A stretch of DNA of 64,000 nucleotides from Nemertoderma westbladi (lineage: Eukaryota; Animalia; Xenacoelomorpha). The position numbers and the translations under genes were made by a program. The notes under the pieces are model-generated. The model did not search any database and was not told where the DNA came from. It saw only the letters and a list, made by a program, of their open reading frames with translations. Numbering within the stretch: the first letter of the stretch is position 1; the number at the start of each line of letters is the position of its first letter. The stretch covers positions 18,069 through 82,068 of the forward strand of contig JAUCBJ010002639.1 in the NCBI GenBank assembly GCA_032718475.1. Reading direction: 5' to 3'. Positions 22,762 to 33,269 of the stretch are shown here, in pieces.

Positions 22762-23625
22762 TTAATTTATTCGTTTAAAGCGTTTAAAGTGTAATGTAAT
22801 AGATGTTGTCCCGTATTCAAAATTCAAATCTTTTCCTTCTTTGTCTGTTATTTCAATATGAATGTATGTTATCTTATATGATTTTTTTACAGGGATATAA
22901 TGAATTGTATCCTTGACAAATTCTTTATTTATTACGCTACCATATTTCACGTCATCAGGTATCGCAACACGACGAAGTAAAGCTAAACCAAAGTCATTAA
23001 TATATTGATTTTCAATTATATTAGTGGTCACGTACATGTTCGACTTAGGTTCTGGAATAGAATTGGGTGGTTGAGGGCATAAAAATACCATCTGGTAAGC
23101 TTTTTCTCCATTTCCGATAACCTTTATTAAATAACCCTTTATGTTATTTTTCGTCTTCAAAATAATTTTAAAATTTGGATTTAAATTCGCGCCGAGATTA
23201 TTTTCAGTAATTCCAAAATAATAGGCTAATTGTTGACCTATAAATAACTCTCGCACAGTTTTCCCTAAAATAAATTGCAGCCTATTTTGCTGAGTATTTT
23301 CAACTATTTGTAATTTATCTTTCAACGCCCCTGTGTTAAAATAATCTATAATGTCATTGATACTGTAGAACAAACCGGATGGAAGTGTATCCTCAAAATT
23401 TTTTTTTCCTTTTTTTAATAAAATAACATTCTCTACATTGTTATACATGGACGGCAACGTTGCTAAGTAAAATATACTTTTTATACCTACCACCCAGTTT
23501 TCGTTTGGGTTTATAGGTAAGGCGCCATGGAAATTGATCTGATAATTACTAGCGCTATTGCGGGGAAAATCAATTGGACAGGAGTTACTTGGTAGTCTTA
23601 CGTAGAATTCATCCATCACTGCCAC
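22762..23625 (-). CDS. Minor capsid (penton, PX-like) protein, copy A
   Basis: 'FYVRLPSNS...FPRNSASNY', 'WVVGI', 'MYVTTNIIE...LLRRV', 'YIPV...IHIEITDKEG...F..G...ITLHFKR'. Confidence 0.9.
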   Translation of the reverse strand: MAVMDEFYVRLPSNSCPIDFPRNSASNYQINFHGALPINPNENWVVGIKSIFYLATLPSMYNNVENVILLKKGKKNFEDTLPSGLFYSINDIIDYFNTGALKDKLQIVENTQQNRLQFILGKTVRELFIGQQLAYYFGITENNLGANLNPNFKIILKTKNNIKGYLIKVIGNGEKAYQMVFLCPQPPNSIPEPKSNMYVTTNIIENQYINDFGLALLRRVAIPDDVKYGSVINKEFVKDTIHYIPVKKSYKITYIHIEITDKEGKDLNFEYGTTSITLHFKRFKRIN

Positions 23626-24481
23626 CCCATATTAACTTAAGTGTTATAACAGTGCGACCTCCGCTGAAGTTAATTAATTCGCCTTGTCCGTCACGTAAAG
23701 TAATTAAGATTGTTTTTAGTTTTTTATTCAACAACGGGTAATAGCAAATGCTCTCGTATTCGTGATTAATATATTTTCGATTTAATTGCGTTAAAGGGCA
23801 GGTTCTTAAGAGCGGAGCTAAAGCGTCACCAACAAATGAGCTCTTAATAATATCTGTATATATAAAGATAGTGTCTTTATTACGTGTTATATTCGTGGGA
23901 GCTGGAAAATCTAAAATGCCAATTTCCGAAATTTTTGGTCCGCTATAATTTAAAATTAATATCGGCTGTTCTATATTGCTTAATTCATCTACTGTAGTGG
24001 TACTGTATATATCCCAATTCGGAATATCCGGATGATTCCGATCCAATAACGGTTTTAAGCCTAGAATTTGTATTAAATCACCACATAGACTTAATTGTAT
24101 TTTTTTCAACTTTTTAGGAAATTTAAATTTAATTCTAGAATTATTTGTATTAAAAATGAATTCGAAATCTCTATATTTCGCTTCAGAATTAAACAGTTTA
24201 TTTATATCATCAATAATGACTTGAATAGAGTTATGCATACCAGGAAATAAACTATATAATTTGGCATCTTTTGCATCTACCCCGATTGACAGTGAGATTT
24301 GAGTTTGCAGCGTAATATTACTGTATGTTGCTTGGTATTGAAGCTCGGCAAGCCCAATTTTAGCGTTTGGACCAATATATAATTCTTCGGCTAAATCAAC
24401 AGTAAACTCGCTAGGATTATTATTGGGGTAAGTGTTTAATGAGCTATCTGAAAGTAGAGTGATATATGTATCTGTGGCCAT
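23609..24481 (-). CDS. Minor capsid (penton, PX-like) protein, copy B
   Basis: 'YITLLSDSS...YPNNNPSEFTVDL', 'IGLAELQY', 'IFIYTDII...VGDALAPLLR', 'YYPL...ITLRDGQG..INF..G...ITLKL'. Confidence 0.9.
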   Translation of the reverse strand: MATDTYITLLSDSSLNTYPNNNPSEFTVDLAEELYIGPNAKIGLAELQYQATYSNITLQTQISLSIGVDAKDAKLYSLFPGMHNSIQVIIDDINKLFNSEAKYRDFEFIFNTNNSRIKFKFPKKLKKIQLSLCGDLIQILGLKPLLDRNHPDIPNWDIYSTTTVDELSNIEQPILILNYSGPKISEIGILDFPAPTNITRNKDTIFIYTDIIKSSFVGDALAPLLRTCPLTQLNRKYINHEYESICYYPLLNKKLKTILITLRDGQGELINFSGGRTVITLKLIWGGSDG

Positions 24482-24742
24482 TATTATTATTATTATTTAA
24501 GCTCTCTCTCTCTCTACTTGACTCCATTGTACATACAGTACAGTATAATGTTAAATTATAGACATCTGTGACCACGTTCATTGTCGTGCATCTTCTACAG
24601 TATATGTGCGGGATCAATATTTTATTGGCTTTATTTAAAACGGATGAACTATAGATATAGTAATATCATTCGAGTTAATATTGATTGATTAATTACGGTC
24701 ATATGCGACCAAAATGAATTAATATACAGTATAAACCTAAGC

Positions 24743-25831
24743 TTATTGAATATGCTGTACCCACGACTGTTTCTTGGATCCGATGAATCGGACTAAATAT
24801 TCTTTCTTTCCATTGCGTACACGTTCTTTAAGTTTGCCAATATTTTTATCAATTGCTAGATAAATATTACTATTCGGGTGGACCTTTTGGAGTTCGTGAG
24901 AATAAAATGAGCCCTTTATTATAGCTCCAGCGCTGTCCTTAATATCGAACATTACAGCAGGTACTCTATCCAACCTGACACGATGAATAATAAATAATTC
25001 ACGTGTCCATTGTTCACGATAGCCTTTAGCAAAAGCAGTACGAGCGATAGATAATCGTACTGTATCTCCAACTTTAAATTTTATTTTCTTATGATTAATC
25101 TGTCTATATTTCCCATATAATCTATTCATTAATTCAGTTTCATTAAATTTATTAACTTCAATAGGTGTCATTTTTATTGTCCTATGATATGACCTATTAT
25201 AAGCCGAGATAAGCTTAGGTAAAATTTTAATCCAAACATTATTTCCTCGTTGTGTAAAAATTTTGAACATCTTTGTTTTTAATGTTCTATTGAATCTCTC
25301 GACAATAGCCGCCTTATTCACAGAATACATTACGTAATACTGTATACCTAACGTATCTAAATATTTTCTTACAGATTTATTTAGAAACTCAGACCCTTGA
25401 TCAGTCGCGATTCTGTTTGGTTTTCCTTTCTGGAATATTTTTTGCAATATACTAATAATTTCAACACCCTTTTTTGTTTTCATACCATAGCCAAAAGCAA
25501 GCCTGCTAAAGGCATCAATACATGTTAATATATAGTTATAATTATTATTTTGCGACTTATATTGCTGCATATCCACCAAATCTATCATATATATATCTTT
25601 TATGCCTCCCGTAAATATTTTAGATGTTGGATAATGATGTCTACGTGGAGCGTGAAGGGTGTATGTCTTTTGCCCGCTCAACCATTTCTTGGCTTGGGCT
25701 GGTTTTATGTTTGCCGCTTTTGCTAATTTTGCAACACTTGCAAAACCCGCGGGGGATGATGGATCTAAATAAATTCTTAACAGTTTTTTGTCTAAGCTTC
25801 GGCTTAAAATCGGTTTCATCTTGCGAGGCAT
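24743..25831 (-). CDS. Retroviral-like (rve) DDE integrase with C-terminal chromo-like domain
   Basis: 'YTLH', D in 'IDLVDM', 'CIDAFSR', D in 'TDQGSEF', E in 'KAAIVERFNRTLK', 'YNRSYHRTIKMTP', 'FKVGDTVR', 'FAKGY..QWT.ELF', 'GSFY..ELQKV', 'EYLVRFIG...SWV'. Confidence 0.97.
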   Translation of the reverse strand: MPRKMKPILSRSLDKKLLRIYLDPSSPAGFASVAKLAKAANIKPAQAKKWLSGQKTYTLHAPRRHHYPTSKIFTGGIKDIYMIDLVDMQQYKSQNNNYNYILTCIDAFSRLAFGYGMKTKKGVEIISILQKIFQKGKPNRIATDQGSEFLNKSVRKYLDTLGIQYYVMYSVNKAAIVERFNRTLKTKMFKIFTQRGNNVWIKILPKLISAYNRSYHRTIKMTPIEVNKFNETELMNRLYGKYRQINHKKIKFKVGDTVRLSIARTAFAKGYREQWTRELFIIHRVRLDRVPAVMFDIKDSAGAIIKGSFYSHELQKVHPNSNIYLAIDKNIGKLKERVRNGKKEYLVRFIGSKKQSWVQHIQ

Positions 25832-25882
25832 CTTTTCGACAACCGCAAGTAATATGTATATTCAAATCTCTTATAAAGGGCA

Positions 25883-26053
25883 TCACCGTAAGAACAACTG
25901 AAATTTTTTAATTATTTTCTTTGAAGTTGATGTTTTGAAGGGTTTTCTTTTTGTAGTATTTACTCTAGGTATATCTTGTGGTTTTAAATCAGCAGCTAAC
26001 GGTTTACTCGATACTAAATATAATTTTCTAAATGTTACTCCTGTTTTAACCAT
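25883..26053 (-). CDS. Small basic ORF (56 aa) below the ORF-track threshold
   Basis: MVKTGVTFRKLYLVSSKPLAADLKPQDIPRVNTTKRKPFKTSTSKKIIKKFQLFLR*; ATG follows the upstream stop as TAATAATG, like the other genes in the block. Confidence 0.55.
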   Translation of the reverse strand: MVKTGVTFRKLYLVSSKPLAADLKPQDIPRVNTTKRKPFKTSTSKKIIKKFQLFLR

Positions 26054-26055
26054 TA

Positions 26056-26445
26056 TTACCGTCCACGGTTAATTTTTTTCGCAATAGCCGCTCCAGCGGC
26101 AGCGGCACCGGCACTTGCGGCAAGTTTCGCACCAATGCCAAGTAAGGGTATTAGAAACGGTACCGGTAGTATGCCTCCAGATTGATTGCTTAACTTTTTT
26201 CTGTAACTTGATATATTTTTTGTTTTACGGTTGAGTGATTTCAATACCTTCTTATAGCGGCGAATATTTCTAAATGAATGAGGGGTCAATTGTACGTTAC
26301 CTTTTAGAACATTTAATGCAGTATTTACAATGAGCCGTATTAATTCGTTACTCGCGGTATGGTTAATAAAATAAGTTCTTTGTTGAGGGGTAGCGCTGCG
26401 TAGAAATTCCAGTTTGTTACGATATTTCTGTACAAGTCTATTCAT
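26056..26445 (-). CDS. Conserved Polinton small protein (PW-like) with QxGG motif and hydrophobic tail
   Basis: 'LIRLIVNTALNVLKGNVQLT', 'RRYKKVLKSL', 'QSGGILPVPFLIPLLG'; lies directly downstream of the ATPase. Confidence 0.85.
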   Translation of the reverse strand: MNRLVQKYRNKLEFLRSATPQQRTYFINHTASNELIRLIVNTALNVLKGNVQLTPHSFRNIRRYKKVLKSLNRKTKNISSYRKKLSNQSGGILPVPFLIPLLGIGAKLAASAGAAAAGAAIAKKINRGR

Positions 26446-26482
26446 TGTTGCAACATTATTGAAAATTGTTACAAAATATTAA

Positions 26483-27163
26483 TTATTTATCATTATTATT
26501 ATTATTATTTTTGCTACGTTTATAGTCAATGTAATTTTTAATGTAACAATTATGATTACGAAATATATCCGATCTAAATCTTAAATGTTCGGGTGTTTCC
26601 TGTCGTAAATCAATTAAGAAATGTGAAAATGGTTGAATTGTCGCATCTTGATAGGAATCAACTAAAAATTTGGTCTGTCCTGGTAACATCTGCTTCGCGA
26701 AATTTAAAACCGATAGACTGTCTCTCGGATTTTTCATTAATACTAAAGTATGGTTATTAATTGATCTTGTGCGGTTATGCTTCCCACCGTAAAACATGTT
26801 TTGCGTTATAAAACAAATAAATATATTGGAATGATGAGCTACCTTAGTAAACAATACAGTTAATGCTGTACTGGACTCAGTTTCTGTTAACAAATCATCT
26901 ATAATTAATAAATCTCGACTATTCACTAAACTATCTATATTTTCGGGCAAGCCTTTGTAAAGGTGAGTAATACCGGGAATAGTCGGGGGATTGCTCCCGT
27001 AACAATACAATACTCGCAAGGGGGCTTCGTTGAAACAACCATTCTTGTGTTTAATTAAATTGCTTACAAAGGTTGACTTTCCAGAACCAGATGGCCCAGA
27101 AATTATCATACTCGTTCCCATTTGAAAGTTTAAATTATATGGACCTGAATTAAAGTCAGCCAT
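26483..27163 (-). CDS. A32/FtsK-like genome packaging ATPase
   Basis: Walker A 'GPSGSGKST', Walker B 'LLIIDDL', 'FTKVAHH', 'ITQN', 'KNPRD', 'IDL', 'RFRSDIF'. Confidence 0.96.
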   Translation of the reverse strand: MADFNSGPYNLNFQMGTSMIISGPSGSGKSTFVSNLIKHKNGCFNEAPLRVLYCYGSNPPTIPGITHLYKGLPENIDSLVNSRDLLIIDDLLTETESSTALTVLFTKVAHHSNIFICFITQNMFYGGKHNRTRSINNHTLVLMKNPRDSLSVLNFAKQMLPGQTKFLVDSYQDATIQPFSHFLIDLRQETPEHLRFRSDIFRNHNCYIKNYIDYKRSKNNNNNNDK

Positions 27164-27385
27164 TTATTATTATTATTAAGATATATCAACAATACAATAT
27201 AATATAATATAAATATAAATATCAATATCAATAAACCATCACCATTACTATGTATATAACAATAATTGTTGCAACTACAATATTAGAGTACTGTATATTT
27301 AATTAACATATGACGCCTCTACAGTATGTGACGCTCGCTGCAACAAAAGGTGCTATTTCCAATTATAGTATAGACTGATGTAATT

Positions 27386-27844
27386 TCAAGCATGGTGAGC
27401 ATCTTTATACGCGAAATAATGATAGGTAACATCAGCGGATTGGAAATCACTTCCCGAGAATTTCGCGCTAATGATTTTTTTATGTTCGCTGCTAAAAAAA
27501 TAAGGAATATAGTAGCAACAGCGTCGTACTACATTTCTATAAAAAATATTCTCCAATATTGTAAATAAATCTCCCGGATCATTACTTTCTGCAGAAATAT
27601 AAGTTATATTTCGAAGCTCTTTCCAATAATAGGGTTGATAACTTGCCAACTTTATATTAAACTTAGATATGGGTGCGCGACAAATAGGACAAATTTTAGA
27701 ACAATAATTATTCATTTCGGAATATTGTACAATACCGGTACATTGTACGCAAGTTGCATGTTTATTTTCACATTTATAATAATCTCGATGTTGTTGCAAT
27801 AACTTAGAATAGCAAACTGGACATTTTTCATTCAAAATATCCAT
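27386..27844 (-). CDS. RING-finger (C3HC4-like) protein, putative E3 ligase
   Basis: 'CPVC...CENKHATCVQC...CPICR'; first ATG at 27844 (track ORF extends to 27904 from a TTG). Confidence 0.8.
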   Translation of the reverse strand: MDILNEKCPVCYSKLLQQHRDYYKCENKHATCVQCTGIVQYSEMNNYCSKICPICRAPISKFNIKLASYQPYYWKELRNITYISAESNDPGDLFTILENIFYRNVVRRCCYYIPYFFSSEHKKIISAKFSGSDFQSADVTYHYFAYKDAHHA

Positions 27845-28007
27845 TTTTCCAAATTTTAAAGTAAATTGAAAATAATTACCACAATACACAACAACAACAA
27901 ACAAATCTGTTATACTGTATATACAATTACTACTACAATTTTCGATTATTTAAGAACATCAAAATTTTATATATAATCATAAAATATTTATAATATAGAG
28001 GGAAAAG

Positions 28008-28451
28008 TCAAGAATCAATGATATTATCAACATATTCAACATTATCTGTTGATTCTTCAGGTTCGACAAAGGATTCTTTTGAAATCATTACAATAAAGAA
28101 AGACATAATTTCGTAGGGTCTATGCCGATTTAGCCGTATTTCAAACTTTTCACCAGCTTCGTTGTATTGTGTAATAACAATTAACCCCTCTATCATGGAT
28201 AATAGTAAGATGTTGTTTAATTTTCCCTCATGCTCAACTTTCAGGTTGTAATCTAAGAGATGAATACTATTATCAGAAGCATCAATATCAATTGAGCTTA
28301 AAACTTTCCTGGCTTTTTCAGAAAACTCAATTTTATATTTATCATCTCCCTGACGGTAAATTGTATAATCAATAACAATATAGGCTTGACCATCTTCTGC
28401 AAAAAATGAATGCCTTACTATTGGCATAACCATATCGGAATCAGAAGACAT
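28008..28451 (-). CDS. Maverick hypothetical protein (147 aa, acidic tail)
   Basis: ATG-initiated ORF with a TATA-like tract at ~28547-28556; no recognisable motif. Confidence 0.6.
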   Translation of the reverse strand: MSSDSDMVMPIVRHSFFAEDGQAYIVIDYTIYRQGDDKYKIEFSEKARKVLSSIDIDASDNSIHLLDYNLKVEHEGKLNNILLLSMIEGLIVITQYNEAGEKFEIRLNRHRPYEIMSFFIVMISKESFVEPEESTDNVEYVDNIIDS

Positions 28452-28690
28452 TATTTAATTTATTTTATTGTAAATCAAACAAACAAAGTAAAAACTTTTA
28501 AACTAAAATCATTACAAATGATTAATTGTGATTAAAGCAAGAGATTATATATATAAGATATTTTCAAAAATAATACAGGTCTTAAACTGAGAAATAGCCT
28601 AAATTCGGTTTATTGATTGGTTGATTAGCCGGGAGGGAAAATGCAGTTTAATTAAAAATTATTGCGTAATAATAATAATCACTAATGTGT

Positions 28691-28732
28691 GTATACGCGT
28701 AGCTGGAACGTGGCGGAATTTCATGCACATGT
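28691..28732 (-). repeat. Remnant (42 bp) of the Maverick right TIR
   Basis: GTATACGCGTAGCTGGAACGTGGCGGAATTTCATGCACATGT is the reverse complement of 11365-11406. Confidence 0.9.
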
Positions 28733-30096
28733 GGGGCGAGCCACGAAGTGAGTGAGCCTTAGTGTAGTGGTACCATTAATCAACCTGTCGTTCTGTCGTT
28801 CTGTCGTTCTGTCGTTCTGTCGCGTCCAATTTTAAACGTTAATAACTCGGCCAATCTTTGATGAAATCTATCCAAACTTGGTACACATGTTGTTTGGCAA
28901 AAGTTTAGAAATTTTCCAAGTAGAATTTCCGTGTGGCCTTCGAGAAGCTAAGATAATAGCAGTTAATTAGTTAATTAAGTTGATTACGGTAAAAACACCA
29001 TTTTCAACCTGCCTTTTAAAGGAAATTAATTGTTTTACAGTGTAAGATTTAAATAATTATAATTAAAAATTATACAGATGTAATCCACATACGCCATTCT
29101 ATTATAGTTTTTAATTAGTTCAAGTGATTTGCTTTAATAATTGTGTCTTTAATTGATCTAAAGTAATTAAAACGGCAAAAAAAATTGATTCTCATTAAAT
29201 ACTGCTCATTTATTGGTTAACATCCAAGTTGGCTCGGTGCTGGTACATAGGATAGGAAGGATGTTTGGTGTGTGTAGAACAGCCAGTGCTCTTCAATGGG
29301 AATGCGAATGTAAGTAACCACATGTGTACAGGCCGGTAGACAGATTGGCCATAGCTAGCTAACGAGATGGAAATCTGAATTCCCTACTATTCAGTCTATT
29401 ATTGTGTTATTGTGTGTTAGACAGATCTCATTTAATAAATGTCAGTCAATAACATTTTACCACTGCAGAAGGCTTATTTATATCCATACTTGTTTTTTCC
29501 TCATAAATATTGGGCTTATTATTTTTTGATGGGATTTCTTTGTAGTTGAATTGTCTAAGTTTTTACACTGAGGCATTAACAGAGGGTACTGGTATTAAAT
29601 TAATTATTTGAATATCATTACTGCATCGACTGCATTTAGTACTGCGTTCTGCATTGATTATATTCCTATAAACCATTACTGGTTTCGCATATTGCACGTA
29701 TCCATAGTTATAAAGATTGCCAGTCTGCATTTAGGAAATATATTTAAATACAAAACAGGACGAGCGCAACGACGCTTATAATAATTAAGACGAGTACGGC
29801 GTTGATTATATTCCTATACACCACCTGGCTTTGCATATTGAACGTGCGATTGGAAATAAGTTCGTTCTACCCTTCCGTGGGTGGTAGATGTCGCGGTTAT
29901 GTATTGGTGGTTGGGAAGGGTGGGGGGGGGGGGGGGTGGAGAGATTAAAAGGGGTGAACACATACTGTCCCCCTTTCTTGGATTGATTGGTGGTGTGGGT
30001 AAATTTCTCAAAACCTGATTTTGTGATACAGTCACTCAATTTTAATTTGTATCTCATAACTGGGCCTCGTGCTGCGCGAAGGCCCCACGAACGTGT
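28731..30096 (+). mobile_element. Non-coding interspersed element with GT junctions, copy 1 (both ends present, different core)
   Basis: 5' GTGGGGCGAGCCACGAAGTG, (CTGTCGTT)n, 3' GGGCCTCGTGCTGCGCGAAGGCCCCACGAACGTGT; ~29220-29650 differs from copies 2 and 3. Confidence 0.85.
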
Positions 30097-30110
30097 CGTT
30101 CTGTCGTTCT

Positions 30111-31711
30111 GTGGGGCAAGCCACGAAGTGAGTGAGCCTTAGCGTAGTGGTACCATTAATCAACCTGTCGTTCTGTCGTTCTGTCGTTCTGTCGCATCCA
30201 ATTTTAAACGTTAATAACTCAGCCAATCTTTGATGAAATCTATCCAAACTTGGTACACATGTTGTTTGGCAAAAGTTTAGAAATTTTCCAAGTAGAATTT
30301 CCGTGTGGCCTTCGAGAAGCTAAGATAATAGCAATTAATTAGTTAATTAAGTTGATTACGGTAAAAACACCATTTTCAACCTGCCTGTTAAAGGAAATTA
30401 ATTGTTTTACAGTATAAAATTTAAATAATTATACTTAAAAATTATACAGATGTAATCCACATACGCCATTCTATTATAGTTTTTAATTAGTTCAAGTGAT
30501 TTGCTTTATTAATTGTGTCTTTAATTGATCTAAAGTAATTAAAACGTCATAAAAAATTGATTCTCATTAAATACTGCTCATTTATTGGCTAACATGCTGG
30601 TACGATGGAAGGATGTGTGTGTAAGGCAGCTAGCTAGTTGCTGGGAATGATTATTGGTCAAGTCTCTGCTGGTGTGGAGCTAGCTGGGAGTTGTGGCTGT
30701 AGACTAACCAGAGAGAAATTGTAATAGGCAACCAGTATTGCTATTCCAGCCCAGGCAGCATTCCAACATCCCAACATCCTTCCTGTATTGACTCTTCTAG
30801 TGTTGTATTGCTATCTCAGGTAAATGACAGATATAATAACATAAATACCATCCATGGCATGGCTGTTGTGTAGGCTTATCTGAAATAGTTTATTCCACAA
30901 TGTATATGTCTGGTTATTTTTTAATTGAATTTTTGCAAAGTAGTAAAATTAATGTTCTTAAAAATAATATTATTATTTTATATGTAACCTAGGAAATTAG
31001 CTACATTTTTTCGCTGCAGCTTTAAGAGTGTACATTGATTTAATATTATTTCAATACCCATATTACTACATCGGCATAAGATGCGTTGGCGTTGTATCAC
31101 ACATCTCCACATATCACACATCTCCACATAGATGTATCGCACAGTTTCGAAACTTCGCATAGTTATAACTGTATAAAGATCGTCAGTCTGCGTTTAGGAA
31201 AAATATTTTATGACAAAACAGGACAAGCGACGAGCGCAACGAGGCATATAATGAAGACGAGTACCTCGTTGACTAAATTATTATATAAACCACCTGGCTT
31301 CACATATTGATCGCATCCCTAATTATTATTATTATAAATATCGTCAGCCTGCGTTTAAGAAATATATTTAAATACAAAACAGGACGAACGCAAAGAGGCT
31401 TATAATGAAAACGAGTACTGCGTTTATTATATTCCTATAAACCACCTGGCTTTGCATATTTAACGTGCGATTGGAAATAAGTTCGTGCTACCCTTCCGTG
31501 GGTGGTAGATGTCCCGGTTATGTATTGGTGGTTGGGAAGGTTGGGGGGGGGGGGGGGGATTAAAAGGGGTGAACACGTACTGTCCCCCTTTCTTTGATTG
31601 ATTGGTGGTGTGGGTAAATTTCTCAAAACCTGATTTTGTGATACAGTCGCTCAATTTTAATTTGTATCTAATAACTGGGCCTCGTGCTGCGCGAAGGCCC
31701 CACGAACGTGT
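30111..31711 (+). mobile_element. Same element, copy 2 (complete), nested in the microsatellite of copy 3
   Basis: Flanks cgttctgtcgttct|GT...GT|cgttctgtcgcgtcc reconstitute the (CTGTCGTT)n tract. Confidence 0.9.
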
Positions 31712-33269
31712 CGTTCTGTCGCGTCCAATTTTAAACGTTAACAACTCAGCCAATCTTTGATGAAATCTATCCAAACTTGGTACACATGTTGTTTGGCAAA
31801 AGTTTAGAAATTTTCCAAGTAGAATTTCCGTGTGGCCTTCGAGAAGCTAAGATAATAGCAGTTAATTAGTTAATTAAGTTGATTACGGTAAAAACACCAT
31901 TTTCAACCTGCCTTTTAAAGGAAATTAATTGTTTTACAGTATAAGATTTAAATAATTATACTTAAAAATTATACAGATGTAATCCACATACGCCATTCTA
32001 TTATAGTTTTTAATTAGTTCAAGTGATTTGCTTTATTAATTGTGTCTTTAATTGATCTAAAGTAATTAAAACGTCATAAAAAATTGATTCTCATTAAATA
32101 CTGCTCATTTATTGGCTAACATGCTGGTACGATGGAAGGATGTGTGTGTAAGGCAGCTATTTGCTGGGAATGATTATTGGTCAAGTCTCTGCTGGTGTGG
32201 AGCTAGCTGGCTTGGAGTTGTGGCTGTAGACTAACCAGAGAGGAATTGTACTGTAATAGGCAACCAGTATTGCTATTCCAGCCCAGACATCATTCTTGAA
32301 ATCCAACATCCCAACATCCTTCCTGTATTGACTCTACTATAAGTGTTGTATTGCTATCTCAGGTAAATGACAGATATAATAACATAAATACAATCCATGG
32401 CATGGCTGTTGTGTAGGCTTCTGAAATAGTTTATTCCACAATGTATATGTCTGGTTATTTTTTAATTGAATTTTTGCAAAGTAGTAAAATTAATGTTCTT
32501 AAAAATAATATTATTATTTTATATGTAACCTAGGAAATTAGCTACATTTTTTCGCTGCAGCTTTAAGAGTGTACATTGATTTAATATTATTTCAATACCC
32601 ATATTACTACATCGGCATAAGATGCGTTGGCGTTGTATCACACATCTCCACATATCACACATCTCCACATAGATGTATCAACAGTTACTCGCACAGTTTC
32701 GAAACTTCGCATAGTTATAACTGTATAAAGATCGTCAGTCTGCGTTTAGGAAAAATATTTTATGACAAAACAGGACAAGCGACGAGCGCAACGAGGCATA
32801 TAATGAAGACGAGTACTGCGTTGACTAAATTGTTATATAAACCACCTGGCTTCACATATTGATCGCATCCCTAGTTATTATTATTATAAAGATCGTCCTA
32901 GCCTGCGTTTAAGAAATATATTTAAATACAAAACAGGACGAACGCAAAGAGGCTTATAATGAAAACGAGTACTGCGTTTATTATATTCCTATAAACCACC
33001 TGGCTTTGCATATTTAACGTGCGATTGGAAATAAGTTCGTGCTACCCTTCCGTGGGTGGTAGATGTCGCGGTTATGTATTGGTGGGTGGGGGGAGGGGGG
33101 GGGGGGGGGTGTGCAGATTAAAAGGGGTGAACACGTACTGTCCCCCTTTCTTTGATTAATTGGTGGTGTGGGTTAATATCTCATAACCTGATTTTGTGAT
33201 ACAGTCGCACAATTTTAATTTGTATCTCATAACTGGGCCTCGTGCTGCGCGAAGGCCCCACGAACGTGT
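31712..33269 (+). mobile_element. Same element, copy 3 (5' end missing)
   Basis: Closely similar to copy 2 from the microsatellite to AACGTGT. Confidence 0.9.

Larger units (their letters stand above)
10811..28732. mobile_element. Maverick/Polinton (adintovirus-like) endogenous virus, ~17.9 kb, right TIR truncated
   Basis: Starts with the AGTAGTAG terminus; contains pPolB, INT, ATPase, PRO, MCP and penton ORFs; 11365-11406 is the reverse complement of 28691-28732 (1 mismatch). Confidence 0.97.
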
